In this document: positions 16,138 to 28,100 of the stretch, one piece after another
Layout: each line of letters opens with the position of its first letter
How positions within the stretch are numbered: the stretch's first letter is position 1
DNA from: Patescibacteria group bacterium
Lineage (GTDB): Bacteria; Patescibacteriota; Patescibacteriia; JAXHNJ01
Assembly: GCA_034520665.1 (NCBI GenBank)
Contig: JAXHNJ010000002.1
Location: forward strand, 62,230 to 126,229
Length of the DNA: 64,000 nt
Direction: 5' to 3'
Notes under the pieces: model-generated
Databases searched by the model: none
Told to the model about the DNA's origin: nothing
What the model saw: the letters and a program-made list of their open reading frames with translations, nothing else
Translations under genes and position numbers: made by a program

Positions 16138-17184
16138 ATGGATAAACTAAAAAAATTACAAAAAAAACACCAGGACCTGGAAAAAAAACTGCAAAAAAAA
16201 GAGATAATCAATAACCCAACCAAGCTCAAAAAAATATCAAAAGAATATGATGAGTCTGGGCATTTGTTAGAATTATATAATAAATTAGAAGAAGTTAAGC
16301 AAGGTTTAAAGGAAACCGAAAAAATCATCAGTGAAACTTCTGAATCAGAATTAAAGAAAATGGCAGAGAAAGAAGAAAAAAATATTAAACAAAAAAAACA
16401 AGAATTAAAAAAAGAAATTAAAGAAATTGAAAATCCTAAAAATCTTCTAGATAAAAAAGATATTATTGTAGAAATTAGAGCCGGTACTGGCGGTGATGAA
16501 GCCGCTCTCTTTGCCTCTGATCTTTTTCGTATGTATTCGCGCTTTGCTGAAAATAAGAGCTGGCAAACAAATTTAATTTCTTCAAACAAAACCGGCATTG
16601 GCGGATTTAAAGAAGTTATTTTTGAAATAAAAGGCACTAATGTTTACTCCAATCTAAAATATGAGTCGGGCGTTCATCGGGTACAAAGAGTACCCGAAAC
16701 TGAAAAACAGGGTCGAATTCACACTTCAGCCGCCACGGTGGCTGTTATGCCCGAGGCAGAGGAAATAGATATTAAAATTAATCCCAAAGATATAAGAGTT
16801 GATACTTTTTGTGCTTCTGGTCATGGCGGTCAATCAGTTAATACTACTTATTCAGCTGTCAGGATAACTCATCTACCCACTGATCTGGTCGTATCCTGCC
16901 AGGATGAAAAATCCCAGACCCAAAATAAAATAAAAGCGATGCAAGTTTTGCGTTCCCGTCTTTTGGCCTTAGAAGAAGAAAAAAGACAAAAAGAAGAATC
17001 AGCTAAAAGAAAGTCTCAAATTGGCTCCGGCGACCGCTCGGAAAAAATTAGAACTTATAATTTTCCCCAGGACCGAATAACTGATCACCGGATTAAAAAA
17101 AGCTGGCATAATCTAATCGAAATACTGGATGGTAATTTGGATAAAATTATTAAAGAATTAAAAGTCATTGATGAGAGTAAATAA
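16138..17184 (+). CDS. prfA: Peptide chain release factor 1
   Basis: 348 aa. GGQ motif (GGQSVN) and PxT-type tripeptide (RVQRVPETE) characteristic of RF1. Confidence 0.85.
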   Translation: MDKLKKLQKKHQDLEKKLQKKEIINNPTKLKKISKEYDESGHLLELYNKLEEVKQGLKETEKIISETSESELKKMAEKEEKNIKQKKQELKKEIKEIENPKNLLDKKDIIVEIRAGTGGDEAALFASDLFRMYSRFAENKSWQTNLISSNKTGIGGFKEVIFEIKGTNVYSNLKYESGVHRVQRVPETEKQGRIHTSAATVAVMPEAEEIDIKINPKDIRVDTFCASGHGGQSVNTTYSAVRITHLPTDLVVSCQDEKSQTQNKIKAMQVLRSRLLALEEEKRQKEESAKRKSQIGSGDRSEKIRTYNFPQDRITDHRIKKSWHNLIEILDGNLDKIIKELKVIDESK

Positions 17185-18001
17185 AATACTTGAAAATTCT
17201 TATAAAAAACTAAGGGATAGAAAAATAAAGTCTGCTTCTCTAGACACAGAAGTCCTTCTTTCTTATGTTTTGAAAAAAACCCGTTCTTATCTTTATATTT
17301 GGCCAGATAAAAAAATAACCAAAAACCAAGCGACAAGATACAAACGATTAATTAAAAAAAGATGTGACCATGAACCAGTAGCTTACTTAATCCACCATAA
17401 AGAATTTTTTGGTCTTGATTTTTACATTAACAAAAATGTGCTTATCCCCCGCCCAGCCACCGAAACTTTGGTAGATATAATTATAAAGCTCGTAGATGCG
17501 GGTCGCGACCCGCATCTACGTATTCTGGATGTAGGCACTGGCTCGGGTTGTATGGCTGTCACTTTAAAAAAATATTTACCAAAGACCAGAATACTAGCCT
17601 CTGACCTTTCGGAAAAAATACTTAAAATAGCCAAAAAAAATGCCAAAAAAAATAAAGTCAAAATAAATTTTAGAAAAGGCAATCTTCTAGAACCCTGGAA
17701 AAACTTTAAACTGGATATCATAGTAGCTAACTTGCCCTATTTAACCCCTCAGCAAATGAAAGCCAAATCCATTCAAGCCGAACCCCAAAAAGCCCTTTAT
17801 GGCGGTAAAAAGGGTTTAGAAATTTATGAAGAATTATTTCGGCAAATAAAAGACTTTAAAATAAAAGCAAAAGTATTTATAGAAATTGACCCCCGGCAAA
17901 TAAAAAATATTACTAAATTAATTAAAGAATATTTCCCCAAAAGAAAAATAGCGGTTATTCAGGATTTATCCGGACAGGACCGGGTGGTAGTGATCAAATA
18001 A
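17168..18001 (+). CDS. prmC: Release-factor glutamine N5-methyltransferase PrmC/HemK
   Basis: 277 aa. SAM motif [11 protein letters not shown] and the N/DPPY-type motif NLPY. Overlaps prfA by 17 nt (classical pairing). Confidence 0.8.
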   Translation: MMRVNKILENSYKKLRDRKIKSASLDTEVLLSYVLKKTRSYLYIWPDKKITKNQATRYKRLIKKRCDHEPVAYLIHHKEFFGLDFYINKNVLIPRPATETLVDIIIKLVDAGRDPHLRILDVGTGSGCMAVTLKKYLPKTRILASDLSEKILKIAKKNAKKNKVKINFRKGNLLEPWKNFKLDIIVANLPYLTPQQMKAKSIQAEPQKALYGGKKGLEIYEELFRQIKDFKIKAKVFIEIDPRQIKNITKLIKEYFPKRKIAVIQDLSGQDRVVVIK

Positions 18002-18021
18002 TTTTTTTAGCAAAAAAAAGA

Positions 18022-18052
18022 AGGGGGCGACCGCAATGGATCACGCCCCTTG
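18022..18052. terminator. Bidirectional intrinsic terminator (GGGGGCG...CGCCCC hairpin flanked by A/T runs)
   Basis: A GC-rich hairpin between convergent prmC (+) and the 18114..18935 gene (-), with an A8 run 5' and T-rich sequence 3'. Confidence 0.55.
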
Positions 18053-18113
18053 ATAGTGGGAAAAAAGAAGTTATTTTTTAATCTTTACTGGTAGCCACCG
18101 TAAGAATACAGAT

Positions 18114-18935
18114 TTAGTAAGCGAAATTAACGCCTGAACGGACATACTCGTCACGCTGATCATAAGAAATGTAGATCGAGCTGTCAGGAGCGTATTTCCA
18201 GCTAAGTGTTACCATCCAGGTATTTTCAGTGTCTCCGAAATCATACAGACCGTACAATCTCAAACCCTTAGGAAAATCAATGTGGTTCTGGACAAAGAAG
18301 ACACTCTCCTTACCTGGAATATTTTCTTCGTAGCGAGTAAGACCAACAAAGGGATTAAACCAGTAATTGAAACTATGCTGCCAGGCGACTCCGTGAGCCG
18401 TATTCTGGACATAGAAACCAGTCAGTCCATAAAGACCCAGTGTCATCGTTGACCCACCGTTGTAGTGAGCAGCTTTTACACTCCAGTTGCCATGAGAGTA
18501 CCACAGGGCCGTACCAGCACAAGAAACTGGCAAGTCTGCCTTAGCGTCCGGCCAACGAGATAAGCGATTATGGCGCGGTCCCGGCCAGATGAGATTGACT
18601 GGACAAAGATACTGTCCAACGAGAAAATTGAACTGACCACCGCTGTAATTGCGATCGAATTGCACATACAAATACTTCAGACTTGACGTTGTGTAGTCAA
18701 ACTCGGTCCGAACCATAATCTTCTGTCCCAGGATATCGCTATACGGATAGAATTTTATGCCGATCCTTCCCCAAGCAAACCGGTAATCCTCGATTTTTTT
18801 GTCAGGCAAGTCGAGCCTGGCAAAGGTAGTAATCTTTAGATCATCAACTTGAAGATCATCGGCCACAGCCGAGACTAAGAAAAACAAGCAGATAAGAAAG
18901 AAAAATACTGCTATCGTCCAGATTGTCCTAAACAT
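18114..18935 (-). CDS. Secreted beta-rich protein, outer-membrane beta-barrel/porin-like, compositionally foreign (high GC)
   Basis: 273 aa. N-terminal signal peptide. Alternating aromatic/hydrophobic beta-strand pattern. C-terminal ...VNFAY. By eye GC is about 45% against about 30% for the window. Confidence 0.4.
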   Translation of the reverse strand: MFRTIWTIAVFFFLICLFFLVSAVADDLQVDDLKITTFARLDLPDKKIEDYRFAWGRIGIKFYPYSDILGQKIMVRTEFDYTTSSLKYLYVQFDRNYSGGQFNFLVGQYLCPVNLIWPGPRHNRLSRWPDAKADLPVSCAGTALWYSHGNWSVKAAHYNGGSTMTLGLYGLTGFYVQNTAHGVAWQHSFNYWFNPFVGLTRYEENIPGKESVFFVQNHIDFPKGLRLYGLYDFGDTENTWMVTLSWKYAPDSSIYISYDQRDEYVRSGVNFAY

Positions 18936-19248
18936 CGATTTTCTCCTTTAACAAGTTTAACTCGGAAATTAAATTAATTTCAATACTCCTCATTTCATTT
19001 ACGGTAGAACCTCTTTACTTATTAATTCCCAAACCTTACTTTCTAAAGATATTTCTATATCTCCAAAAAAGTGAGGTTGGAGATTTATTAATGTACAGAG
19101 CTGATCATAATAATATAAATTTTAGAAATTGTCAAGAGCTATGATACCAAAAAATCAGACCTTTTGGCCTGTTCATGTCAATTCTTTTAGTGGCTACTTA
19201 GATTAACTTAACTAACTAAGAAACCAATTAACTAATTAACTAAATCAC

Positions 19249-20352
19249 CTACCATTCCCTACCCCGATCAGAAGGAATAACTTCAATCCAAGTTTGACCG
19301 CGATTGAATTCTATTTCCTGGCCTTCTAAATCATAGAAAAGAGTACGTTGGGTTCTTTCATCCTTTTTCCACGAACCTTCAATTAACAAACCATCTCTTA
19401 AAACAAAAGCTTTTCCTTCCCCATGAGTTTCCATTTTCAGTCTCCCTTTGTTGGGGTAGTAACCAACTGGCTCAATTTCCTGAATAATTACATTCTTAGC
19501 TTTTATTTCTGCATTGTTATTGGCATCCCGCTGCACTTTATCAGCATTATACCTTAAATACATATTCTCTTCTTTTATATACTTCCATTCTACTTCATAA
19601 GCATAGGAAGAAAATTTAAGCTTATAAAATTTTTGGTCAGCCCCTCTTTTTTCCAAAGGTAAGTCATCTTTAAAATGCCACATTCTAGTAGTTGAATATC
19701 TATCTAATAATTCCTTGTCGCGCAGGGCATAAGTTAATTTTTCACCAGAGGTAAATAAATTATGCGGAGCATAAAGTGAAGTATCACGCCAAAAATAAAC
19801 CTGATCAGAAGAAAGTGCTTCCAGATCATTAGTGTGGTAATCCCGAATATTACCTAAAGCTTGGGGCGAACCACCGGCATGAGTATAAAGACAGGCGTAT
19901 TCATAAACCCAATCCAAATAATAAGGCCTGGCTGAACGGATCGGTCCAATCTTTTCCGCCTTTGAACCGCCGGTAAAAAGGGCCATAAAACGAGTGGCTC
20001 CACCTTCAGCTAATGACTCATAAACAATTGAAGCGTCAGAAAGCCCGTTTTGTGGTCGAACGCTCCTCAAATTTTCAATCATAACACAAGTAGGCCAAAG
20101 ATTAGCTGCTTTTTTATTATCCACCTCTAATCCGTCAAAGCGACGATAATACTGAATTATTTCCTCTTCCTCGTCTTTATCATTATTTAATATAATTGAA
20201 ATTCCATTACTAGTTCCAACTGCCTTTAAAAGATTATTAGCTTGAAGAGCTAAAAAAAACCAGCAAAAAGCCCCGCCCACTACCAAAATCACAGTTAATA
20301 TACTTAACCGTGTAGTTAAAGAATTAAGGTTAAATTTAAAAATATTTCTCAT
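19249..20352 (-). CDS. DUF3048-like secreted/membrane-anchored protein (YerB-like), paralog 1
   Basis: 367 aa. N-terminal TM/signal. Conserved block MIENL..VRPQ.GL..A..VYE.L.EGG.TRFMAL...IRSARPY shared with the upstream paralog. Confidence 0.45.
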   Translation of the reverse strand: MRNIFKFNLNSLTTRLSILTVILVVGGAFCWFFLALQANNLLKAVGTSNGISIILNNDKDEEEEIIQYYRRFDGLEVDNKKAANLWPTCVMIENLRSVRPQNGLSDASIVYESLAEGGATRFMALFTGGSKAEKIGPIRSARPYYLDWVYEYACLYTHAGGSPQALGNIRDYHTNDLEALSSDQVYFWRDTSLYAPHNLFTSGEKLTYALRDKELLDRYSTTRMWHFKDDLPLEKRGADQKFYKLKFSSYAYEVEWKYIKEENMYLRYNADKVQRDANNNAEIKAKNVIIQEIEPVGYYPNKGRLKMETHGEGKAFVLRDGLLIEGSWKKDERTQRTLFYDLEGQEIEFNRGQTWIEVIPSDRGREW

Positions 20353-20379
20353 TTTTATTTTTGTTTTTAAAAAATACTA

Positions 20380-21462
20380 CTAAAAAGTAACTTCACGGTC
20401 AGTCGGTACAATTTGTATCCAAGTTTGACCGGCATTAAACTTAATTTCTTCACCGGCTAAATCATAAAATTTAGTTCTTTGATTACGCCCTTCTTTAATC
20501 CATTTAGCTTCAATAGCCAGGCCATCCCTAAATATCATAGCTTCTCCTTGACCAATCGTCTCCATTTTCAAACGTGATTCATCTTCTAGGGAAGTCTTAA
20601 CATATTGAACTATTACATTTTTAGCCTTAACCTGTCCGGCTTCTTTTGATTCAAAGACTTCACCCCCCTGAAATCTTTCATATTTATTTTCCCCCCGGTT
20701 ATATTTCCATTCTACCTTATAAGAATAGCTAGAATAATCAATAGTAATAATCTTTTCCTCTTCTGGTCTATCTTCGAGCGGAATCTCTTCTTTATATTCA
20801 TAGGATTCATAATTAGCTTGGCCAGCTTCCTTATCTCTTAAAGCAAAAACTAAAAACTTGGAAGCCGTGTAAACATTATGAGGGGCTGCTCTTTCGTTAT
20901 CACGCCAATAATACCGGGCATCGTAAAATTGATCCAAATTAAATATATTGTAAGTAGAAATTAAAGACATAGCCTTTGGACTACCGCCAACATGTCCATA
21001 AAGAGCATTATACTCCTTAGCCCAGTCAAGAAAATAAGGTCGAGCTGAACGGATCGGTCCCATAGATTCAACTGGTTCAGTCAGACAATAAAGAGCCATA
21101 AACCTGGTAATACCTCCCTCAACTAAAGCTTCATAAACTAGGTTAGCTTTATCTAAACCGGACTGGGGCCTTACGGTTACTAAATTTTCAATCATTAAAG
21201 CAACTGGGTAAGGATTTTGATTTTCACTACTATCATAGATACCATCTATATTTCTTCTTACCTCACCGACTTCATTAGCTTGATTAGTATTATTAGTATT
21301 TATTTCCGTCTCTTTGCCAAAAAGTAAGAATCCAGATACTACAGCTGCTAAAACTATTACTACTGCTAAAACAATAAGTGGTAATTTTTTTCTTTTTTTA
21401 GCTTGCGTCAAATATTTTTCTTTTTGACTTTCTAGCTTTACTTTTTTATCCTTTTTTTTCAT
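20380..21462 (-). CDS. DUF3048-like secreted/membrane-anchored protein (YerB-like), paralog 2
   Basis: 360 aa. Same architecture and conserved blocks as 19249..20352 (tandem duplication). Confidence 0.45.
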   Translation of the reverse strand: MKKKDKKVKLESQKEKYLTQAKKRKKLPLIVLAVVIVLAAVVSGFLLFGKETEINTNNTNQANEVGEVRRNIDGIYDSSENQNPYPVALMIENLVTVRPQSGLDKANLVYEALVEGGITRFMALYCLTEPVESMGPIRSARPYFLDWAKEYNALYGHVGGSPKAMSLISTYNIFNLDQFYDARYYWRDNERAAPHNVYTASKFLVFALRDKEAGQANYESYEYKEEIPLEDRPEEEKIITIDYSSYSYKVEWKYNRGENKYERFQGGEVFESKEAGQVKAKNVIVQYVKTSLEDESRLKMETIGQGEAMIFRDGLAIEAKWIKEGRNQRTKFYDLAGEEIKFNAGQTWIQIVPTDREVTF

Positions 21463-22211
21463 TCTTTTTTTCCTTTTTTATCCTTTTTTTCTGAAGACTC
21501 TTTTTTAGCTTCTTTATCGGCCGAACCTTTATCAGAGGTGGGTTTCTTTTCCTCACCTTCTTCTCCTTCTTCCTCATCTTCTTCTTCAGCCACGCCTTCA
21601 ACTTCTTCAACCTTTTCTTCCACTTCTTCTTCCAATGCTTCGAGCTCTTCCTCACTTCTCGGTTTCTGAACTTTGGCCACTACTTCATCTTCTTTTTCTA
21701 AAAGAGTAATTTTTTCAGGCAGTTCTAAATCTCTTACATATATAATATCTTCAAAAGTTTTTAAAACCGATAAATTAACATCAATTTCTTGAATCAAATC
21801 AGCTGGTAAACACTCAATTTCTAACTTATCCATATTACGAATCAACACCCCACCAAGCTCCTTAACAGCCGGAGCCTCTCCCACAAAATTAAGATTAATT
21901 TCTGTAGTTATTTTTTCAGTCATCTTCACTGTGTGAAAATCAACATGAATAATTTTATTGGAAACCGGATCCAGCTGAATATCCTGAACAATAACTTTGA
22001 TAGGTTTAGCCTTACCCATAATTAAATCAATCAAACTGGACTCCCCGGCTTTTTCAAAAAGATCACAAAAATCATGATAATCAACACTAATATTTTTATT
22101 CTTAAAATTATGCCCGTAAATTATTCCCGGTATTTTTTCTTCTCTTCTTAATTTTTTTGTTTGCCTCCCTTTTTCCTCCCTAACATCTACCTTTAATTTT
22201 AATTCTTTCAT
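21459..22211 (-). CDS. rplY: 50S ribosomal protein L25 / general stress protein Ctc, with acidic C-terminal extension
   Basis: 250 aa. N-terminal VREEKGRQTKKLRREEKIPGIIYG signature of L25/Ctc. Long Glu-rich tail. Confidence 0.8.
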   Translation of the reverse strand: MKELKLKVDVREEKGRQTKKLRREEKIPGIIYGHNFKNKNISVDYHDFCDLFEKAGESSLIDLIMGKAKPIKVIVQDIQLDPVSNKIIHVDFHTVKMTEKITTEINLNFVGEAPAVKELGGVLIRNMDKLEIECLPADLIQEIDVNLSVLKTFEDIIYVRDLELPEKITLLEKEDEVVAKVQKPRSEEELEALEEEVEEKVEEVEGVAEEEDEEEGEEGEEKKPTSDKGSADKEAKKESSEKKDKKGKKE

Positions 22212-22230
22212 ATTATTCCTTTTAAATTTT

Positions 22231-22584
22231 CTATATTTTCTCCAAAATAGAAAAATCTTTATTATTTAAGGCAAAATTTAAATCGATTACATCATCAACC
22301 TTGACTTTTTTTGAATCCTTAAATTTTTTTACTTCTCTACTAGTCAAATCCGTAATCATGCCATGTGAAGATATTTTAGGTGAATTAATCATCACTAAAG
22401 CCAAAATCTGGGTGCCACAATTCTGGCAGACAATATGCAATAAATGAGCTTCTTCTGACTCTTCAATCAATTTCATACTAGTTGCATCATACGATTGGCC
22501 ACAAATAGGACAGTTAAAAACCACTTTTAAATTCTGATTCTGAAAAGATTGACTGCTATCTTGTTTATTTATCTGGTTAAACAT
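22231..22584 (-). CDS. Hypothetical zinc-ribbon protein
   Basis: 117 aa. Two CxxC pairs (CPICG...CQNCG). Confidence 0.35.
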   Translation of the reverse strand: MFNQINKQDSSQSFQNQNLKVVFNCPICGQSYDATSMKLIEESEEAHLLHIVCQNCGTQILALVMINSPKISSHGMITDLTSREVKKFKDSKKVKVDDVIDLNFALNNKDFSILEKI

Positions 22585-22640
22585 AAAATTGCCTAATTTC
22601 TCTTATATTTTATCATATTTTACTATTTTGTCAATAAAAA

Positions 22641-23750
22641 TTAGCGGCTTCTGACTATTATACTTTGTATTAATCCAATCATTATCAAACTAGTAACTAA
22701 TGAACTACCACCATAACTTAAAAAAGGCAAAGGAATACCAGTAATCGGTAAAAGTCCGATATTACCGGCAATATTTATAAAAGCCTGACTAAAAAGAGAA
22801 ATAGTAATACCGCTGATTAAAAACAAGGAGAAGGTATTTTTTTGCTCTCGCAGGGCTTTAATCATACGTTTAAAAACATAAAATAAAAAGAAAAGTAAAA
22901 TAATAGCCCCAAAAAGACCCAATTCTTCAGCAATAACCGCAAAAATAAAGTCTTTTTCTGCTACCGGCAAAAAATTAAGCTGTGACTGCGGACCCAAACC
23001 TAAACCCCGCCCAAAAAACATACCTGAACCAACAGCGATAATTGACTGAGTAGGATTATAACCAGCTCCCAAAGGATCACTCGAAGGATTAATAAAAGTA
23101 GATATTCTTTTCTTTTGGTAATCCTCAAAAACAAAAAACCAGCTAAAAATCATAATAATGATTAAAAGACATATAAAAATTACAACATGAATGCGTTTTG
23201 TTCGGTTCAATAAAAGTAGGCCCAGCCAAATTATTACTAAAATTATAGCTGAACCAAAATCCGGCTGTAAGATTACTAATAAAACATAAGGTAAGGTGAT
23301 TAAAGCGCTAACTATTATTTTTTTAAACTGATACATCTGGCTGTAATTATCAGAAAAATACTTGCTTAAATAGAGAATCAAAGTAATTTTTGCTAATTCT
23401 ACCGGTTGAAAAGTCCAGCCAAATAAAGAAAACCAGGAAGTACTACCCCTTATTGTTTGACCAAAAAATAAAACTAAAAGTAAGATAACGCCTCCACCAA
23501 CATAAATAAAAAAACTGTAATTAATAAAAACACGATAATCAAAGATAGTAAATAGGAAAAGAAAAAACAGACCGATAACAAAAAAAATGGCCTGTTTATT
23601 AAAATTACTTAAATCAGGGTTTTCCTGATTCATGGTTAAACTATAAATAGCAGCTAAACCAAAAAGGATTAAGACTACAATTGCTATTAGTAATTTCCAG
23701 TCTATTTTTTTTATTAAATTTAACTGAAAGCGACCTAACATAAAAATCAA
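22641..23750 (-). CDS. SEDS-family peptidoglycan glycosyltransferase (FtsW/RodA)
   Basis: 369 aa. About 10 TM helices. Conserved W..LFGW.FQP.ELAK and PE...DFIFA SEDS blocks. Confidence 0.8.
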   Translation of the reverse strand: MIFMLGRFQLNLIKKIDWKLLIAIVVLILFGLAAIYSLTMNQENPDLSNFNKQAIFFVIGLFFLFLFTIFDYRVFINYSFFIYVGGGVILLLVLFFGQTIRGSTSWFSLFGWTFQPVELAKITLILYLSKYFSDNYSQMYQFKKIIVSALITLPYVLLVILQPDFGSAIILVIIWLGLLLLNRTKRIHVVIFICLLIIIMIFSWFFVFEDYQKKRISTFINPSSDPLGAGYNPTQSIIAVGSGMFFGRGLGLGPQSQLNFLPVAEKDFIFAVIAEELGLFGAIILLFFLFYVFKRMIKALREQKNTFSLFLISGITISLFSQAFINIAGNIGLLPITGIPLPFLSYGGSSLVTSLIMIGLIQSIIVRSR

Positions 23751-24589
23751 CTAGAAATAAAATTGCTCTTATCAAAAATATTTATATGAGGTTCGATCCT
23801 AATTTCAGAGCTTAGAGGTAAATTTTTCAGCCAAGAAACTGAAATACCCTGACTCTCAAATGAGCCTAAGTTCCTTAATCTGTAATTATCATAAGCTATT
23901 GGCTCATCAGAAAAATAAATTACTACTGGTACATCAACCTGCCAAAAACCATAAAAAGACTGATTAGAAATATCTGCGGTTACTACACTAGCCACTCCTT
24001 CTGAGGTTTGTGATTTAGAAATTTTTTCATTAGAAACTTCAAAATTAATTTCTTCTAACAACAATTTATTAGTAATTCTCTTCCAATTAACATCATTTAT
24101 CTCTAAATCTAATTTTGAAACATCATCACCTTTATAAATCACATTTTTTAATACAATATATTTTTTTTGCCCCGGATTAATAAAAGAACTAGACTCTTCA
24201 GTTTCTTTATCTTCATTATCTATAAATTTATAATTAAAACTATATCCTCCCCAATCTGTGTTATTGTTTTCTATTTCAGCTAGATAATCATATTTAGAAT
24301 CTCCAACTTTAATGGCTTTTTTCTTTAATACTATTAAATTTTCCGGTTTAGCCTGCTGTCGGTAATTGCTATCAACAAAATTATGACTCATTTCTTTTAT
24401 CATTTTATCATAACCCGGACCTTGTATGGCCATAATTAATCCATTTACTAGTATATAAACAATAAAAATCACATCGATAATTAACAAGGTCATAACCCAC
24501 CATTTTCTTAAAGATTTTTTATGTGAAACAAACCAATAACTTAGCTTCAGATAAAAATCATTCATGGAATAATTCTTTTTAAAATCCAT
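23747..24589 (-). CDS. Hypothetical membrane-anchored protein
   Basis: 280 aa. Single N-terminal TM helix. ATGA overlap with the SEDS gene suggests co-translation. Confidence 0.35.
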   Translation of the reverse strand: MDFKKNYSMNDFYLKLSYWFVSHKKSLRKWWVMTLLIIDVIFIVYILVNGLIMAIQGPGYDKMIKEMSHNFVDSNYRQQAKPENLIVLKKKAIKVGDSKYDYLAEIENNNTDWGGYSFNYKFIDNEDKETEESSSFINPGQKKYIVLKNVIYKGDDVSKLDLEINDVNWKRITNKLLLEEINFEVSNEKISKSQTSEGVASVVTADISNQSFYGFWQVDVPVVIYFSDEPIAYDNYRLRNLGSFESQGISVSWLKNLPLSSEIRIEPHINIFDKSNFISS

Positions 24590-24712
24590 ATATTTTGCTT
24601 TATTTACTTTATAATTTTAGCATAAAAAAAATACTTTGGACAATTGCACTATTTAACCCTTTATCTTTTCGTTAAATTATGCTATAATTAAATATAAGAA
24701 TAATATAAATTT

Positions 24713-25006
24713 ATGATTGATACCTCAAAAGATGTTCTTCTTCTTGTTTCTTCTTTAGCTATTGCCGCTTTTACTTTTTTTCTCTGTTGGGCGCTTTACC
24801 TCCTTATTAAAATGCTACGAGTAGGTAATGAAGCTGTGCAAAAAATTAAAGAAAAAGTAGAGTCAATCGGCGAAACTATTGAAACTGTTAAAGAAAAATT
24901 AACTAAAACCAGCGGTTCAGTTAAAACTATTGCTAATGCTGTCAGTGGTATTATTAAGTACGTCCAGAAAAAAAAGGATAAAAAAGAAAAAAAAGAAGAA
25001 GAATAA
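24713..25006 (+). CDS. Hypothetical small membrane protein with charged coiled-coil tail
   Basis: 97 aa. One TM helix, then a Lys/Glu-rich helix. Confidence 0.35.
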   Translation: MIDTSKDVLLLVSSLAIAAFTFFLCWALYLLIKMLRVGNEAVQKIKEKVESIGETIETVKEKLTKTSGSVKTIANAVSGIIKYVQKKKDKKEKKEEE

Positions 25007-25116
25007 AAAAAACAAAAAATAAAAATAAAAAGACGTCTTTTTAAAGATGTCTTTTTATTTGCTTAAAATAATAACTAATTTCTGTTATAATATATAAAAC
25101 CAATAACATTTATTAT

Positions 25117-28100
25117 ATGAATTTTGCCCATCTTCATGTACACTCCCATTATTCTCTTTTGGACGGACTTTCAAAAATTGATGAACTAATAAAAAAAGCC
25201 AAAGAGTATAAAATGAAATCCCTGGCCTTAACTGACCATGGGGTTATGTATGGAACAATTGAATTTTACCAAAAAGCCAAAAAAGCTGGCCTCAAACCGA
25301 TTATCGGACTTGAGGCATACTTGGCCCCACACAGTTTAAAAAATAAAAGACCCGGCCTTGATGAAAGACCTTATCACTTAGTACTTTTAGCTAAAAATAA
25401 AGAGGGTTATCAAAATTTAATTAAATTAACCAGTATCGCCCATTTGGAAGGTTTTTATTACAAGCCTAGAATTGATATTGAAACTCTTAAAAAATATTCA
25501 TCGGGCCTCGTGGGTATGAGCGCTTGCCTCCAGGGAGAAATACCTCGTCTGATTATTTCAAAAAAATATAAAAAAGCAGAAGAAGCTGCCAAAAAATATC
25601 ATCAGATTTTCCGTCAGAAAGATTTTTATCTTGAAATACAGCATCACCCTAATACCCCCCATCAGAAGGAAGTTAATAAAAAAATTATAGAAATATCAAA
25701 AAAACATAATATACCCCTGGTAGCCACCAGTGATATACATTATACCAACCCTGAAGACGCTGCGGTTCAGGATATTTTGCTTTGTATCCAGATGAAGAAA
25801 AAACTGGAAGATGAAAACCGAATGAGTATGCTGGATGAAGATTTTTCTATGACTCCCCCAGAAAAAATGAAGGAGTATTTTAAGAAAACTCCTGAAGCTA
25901 TAGAAAATACCGTTCAGATTGCCGAAAAATGTCAGCTAGAAATAGAGCTTGGCAAAATTAAACTGCCAAACTACAAAGTTCCCAAAAATTCTTCACCGGA
26001 AGAATATCTAGAAGAGCTTTGCCAAAAAGGATTAAAAGAAAAGTTTAATAATATTACCGAGGAAATAAAAGAAAGACTTGAATATGAACTTTCTATTATC
26101 AAAAAAACTGGGTTTGCCACTTATTTTCTTATTGTCCAAGACTTTGTTAACTGGGCTAAAGATAATGAAATAGTGGTCGGCCCTGGTAGAGGTTCAGCAG
26201 CTGGCAGCTTAGTTTCTTATCTGCTTAATATTACCAATATTGACCCTTTAAAATACAATCTTCTTTTTGAACGTTTTCTTAACCCAGAAAGAATTTCTAT
26301 GCCAGATATTGATATGGATTTTGCTGATACCCGGCGCGATGAAGTTTTAAGATATGTTGAAGAAAAATACGGTAAAGATCATGTTTCTCAAATTATTACT
26401 TTTGGTACTATGGCCGCCCGAGCCGCTGTACGGGATGTTGGGCGAGTTATGAACCTCTCCTACTCTTATTGTGATAAAATAGCCAAGCTTATCCCTATGA
26501 ACATGAAACTAGAGGAAGCTATTGATAAAATCGCTGAATTAAAACAAGTTTACCAATCAGATTCTCAGGGGAAAAAGTTACTAGACAACGCTAAAAAGTT
26601 GGAAGGGGTAGCTCGTCATTCTTCCACTCATGCCTGTGGCGTTTTAATTACCCCGGAAAGACTTGAAAAATACGTACCTGTTCAATACGCCGCTCCTCAT
26701 GACCCAACTATTATTAGCCAGTATTCTCTGCATCCTATTGAAGATCTTGGTCTTTTAAAAATGGATTTTCTGGGTTTAAAAAACCTAACTATCATCGAAA
26801 CAACTTTGGATATTGTTGAAGGTATTACGGAACAAAAAATAAATATTGAAAAACTGCCTTTGAGTGATAAGGAGACTTTTAAACTTTTACAAAGCGGCCG
26901 TACTACCGGTGTCTTTCAGCTTGAAAGTACTGGCATGCGGCGTTATCTTAAACAGCTTAAACCTACCGAATTAGAAGATATTATTGCTATGGTATCACTT
27001 TATCGCCCCGGCCCTATGGAATGGATCCCCAAATATATTGCCGGCAAGCACGGCCATATGAATCCCCAATATCTACATCCTAAATTAAAGCCTATTCTCA
27101 AAAGAACTTATGGTGTAGCTATTTATCAGGAACAAATTATGCAAATTGCCCGCGATTTGGCTGGCTTTACCCTGGGCGAAGCTGATGTTTTAAGAAAAGC
27201 CGTTGGTAAAAAAATACCAAAATTACTTAAAGAACAAAAAGAAAAATTTATACAAGGTTGTATAAAAAATAACATACCCAAAGATACAGCAAAAAAAGTT
27301 TTCGCCTTTATTGAACCTTTTGCCGGCTATGGCTTTAATCGAGCTCATGCCGCTTGTTATGCTATGATCGCCTATCAAACTGCTTACTTAAAAGCGCATT
27401 ATCCTCAAGCCTTTATGGCCGCTCTTTTAACTTCTGATTTAAACAATACTGACCGTATTGCTATTGAAGTCGAAGAATGCAAACAAATCGACCTGGAGGT
27501 TTTGCCACCAGATGTTAATGAAAGTTTTTCTACTTTTTCCGTTATTCTGGATCAAAAAACAAAAAAACCGACCAATCGTATACGTTTTGGTTTGCCAGCT
27601 ATAAAAAATGTCGGCACTAATTTAGTCAAAAATATAATTAAAGAAAGAAAAGAATCAGGAACTTATAAAAATCTTGAAGATTTCTTGTCCCGGGTAGTGA
27701 CTAAAGATTTAAATAAAAAATCTTTGGAGAGTTTAATTAAATGCGGGGCTTTAGATAAATTTGGTAAAAGAAAGCAAATGCTTGACAATATTAATCATCT
27801 TCTTAAATTTGCTAAAAATGCTAAACAGGAAGCCAGACTAAAACAATCAAACATTTTTGGCATGATGCCCACCCAAAACGCGCCCAAATTAAAACTCAAA
27901 AAAACTGAAGCAGTAAAAAAAAGTCAGCGCCTTTCCTGGGAAAAAGAACTTCTCGGTCTTTATATTTCAGAACACCCAATGCAGGAGTATGAAAATAAAA
28001 TAAAAAACCTAGTCACACCCATAAGAAAACTTCAGACTCATTCAAGATCTAGCGAGGTTTGTATTGGCGGTATTATTACAAAAATACAAAAAGTAATCAC

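Noticed and set aside
16125-16637. 170-aa minus-strand ORF antisense to prfA
   Set aside because: Fully embedded antisense to a well-supported RF1 gene. Its Ser/Phe-rich low-complexity translation is typical of antisense reading of a Lys/Glu-rich gene.
21446-21655. 69-aa Lys-rich ORF (MRKSSKHWKKKWKKRLKK...)
   Set aside because: It lies in an alternate frame across the GAA/GAG-rich acidic tail of rplY and the start of the next gene. Low-complexity frame artefact.
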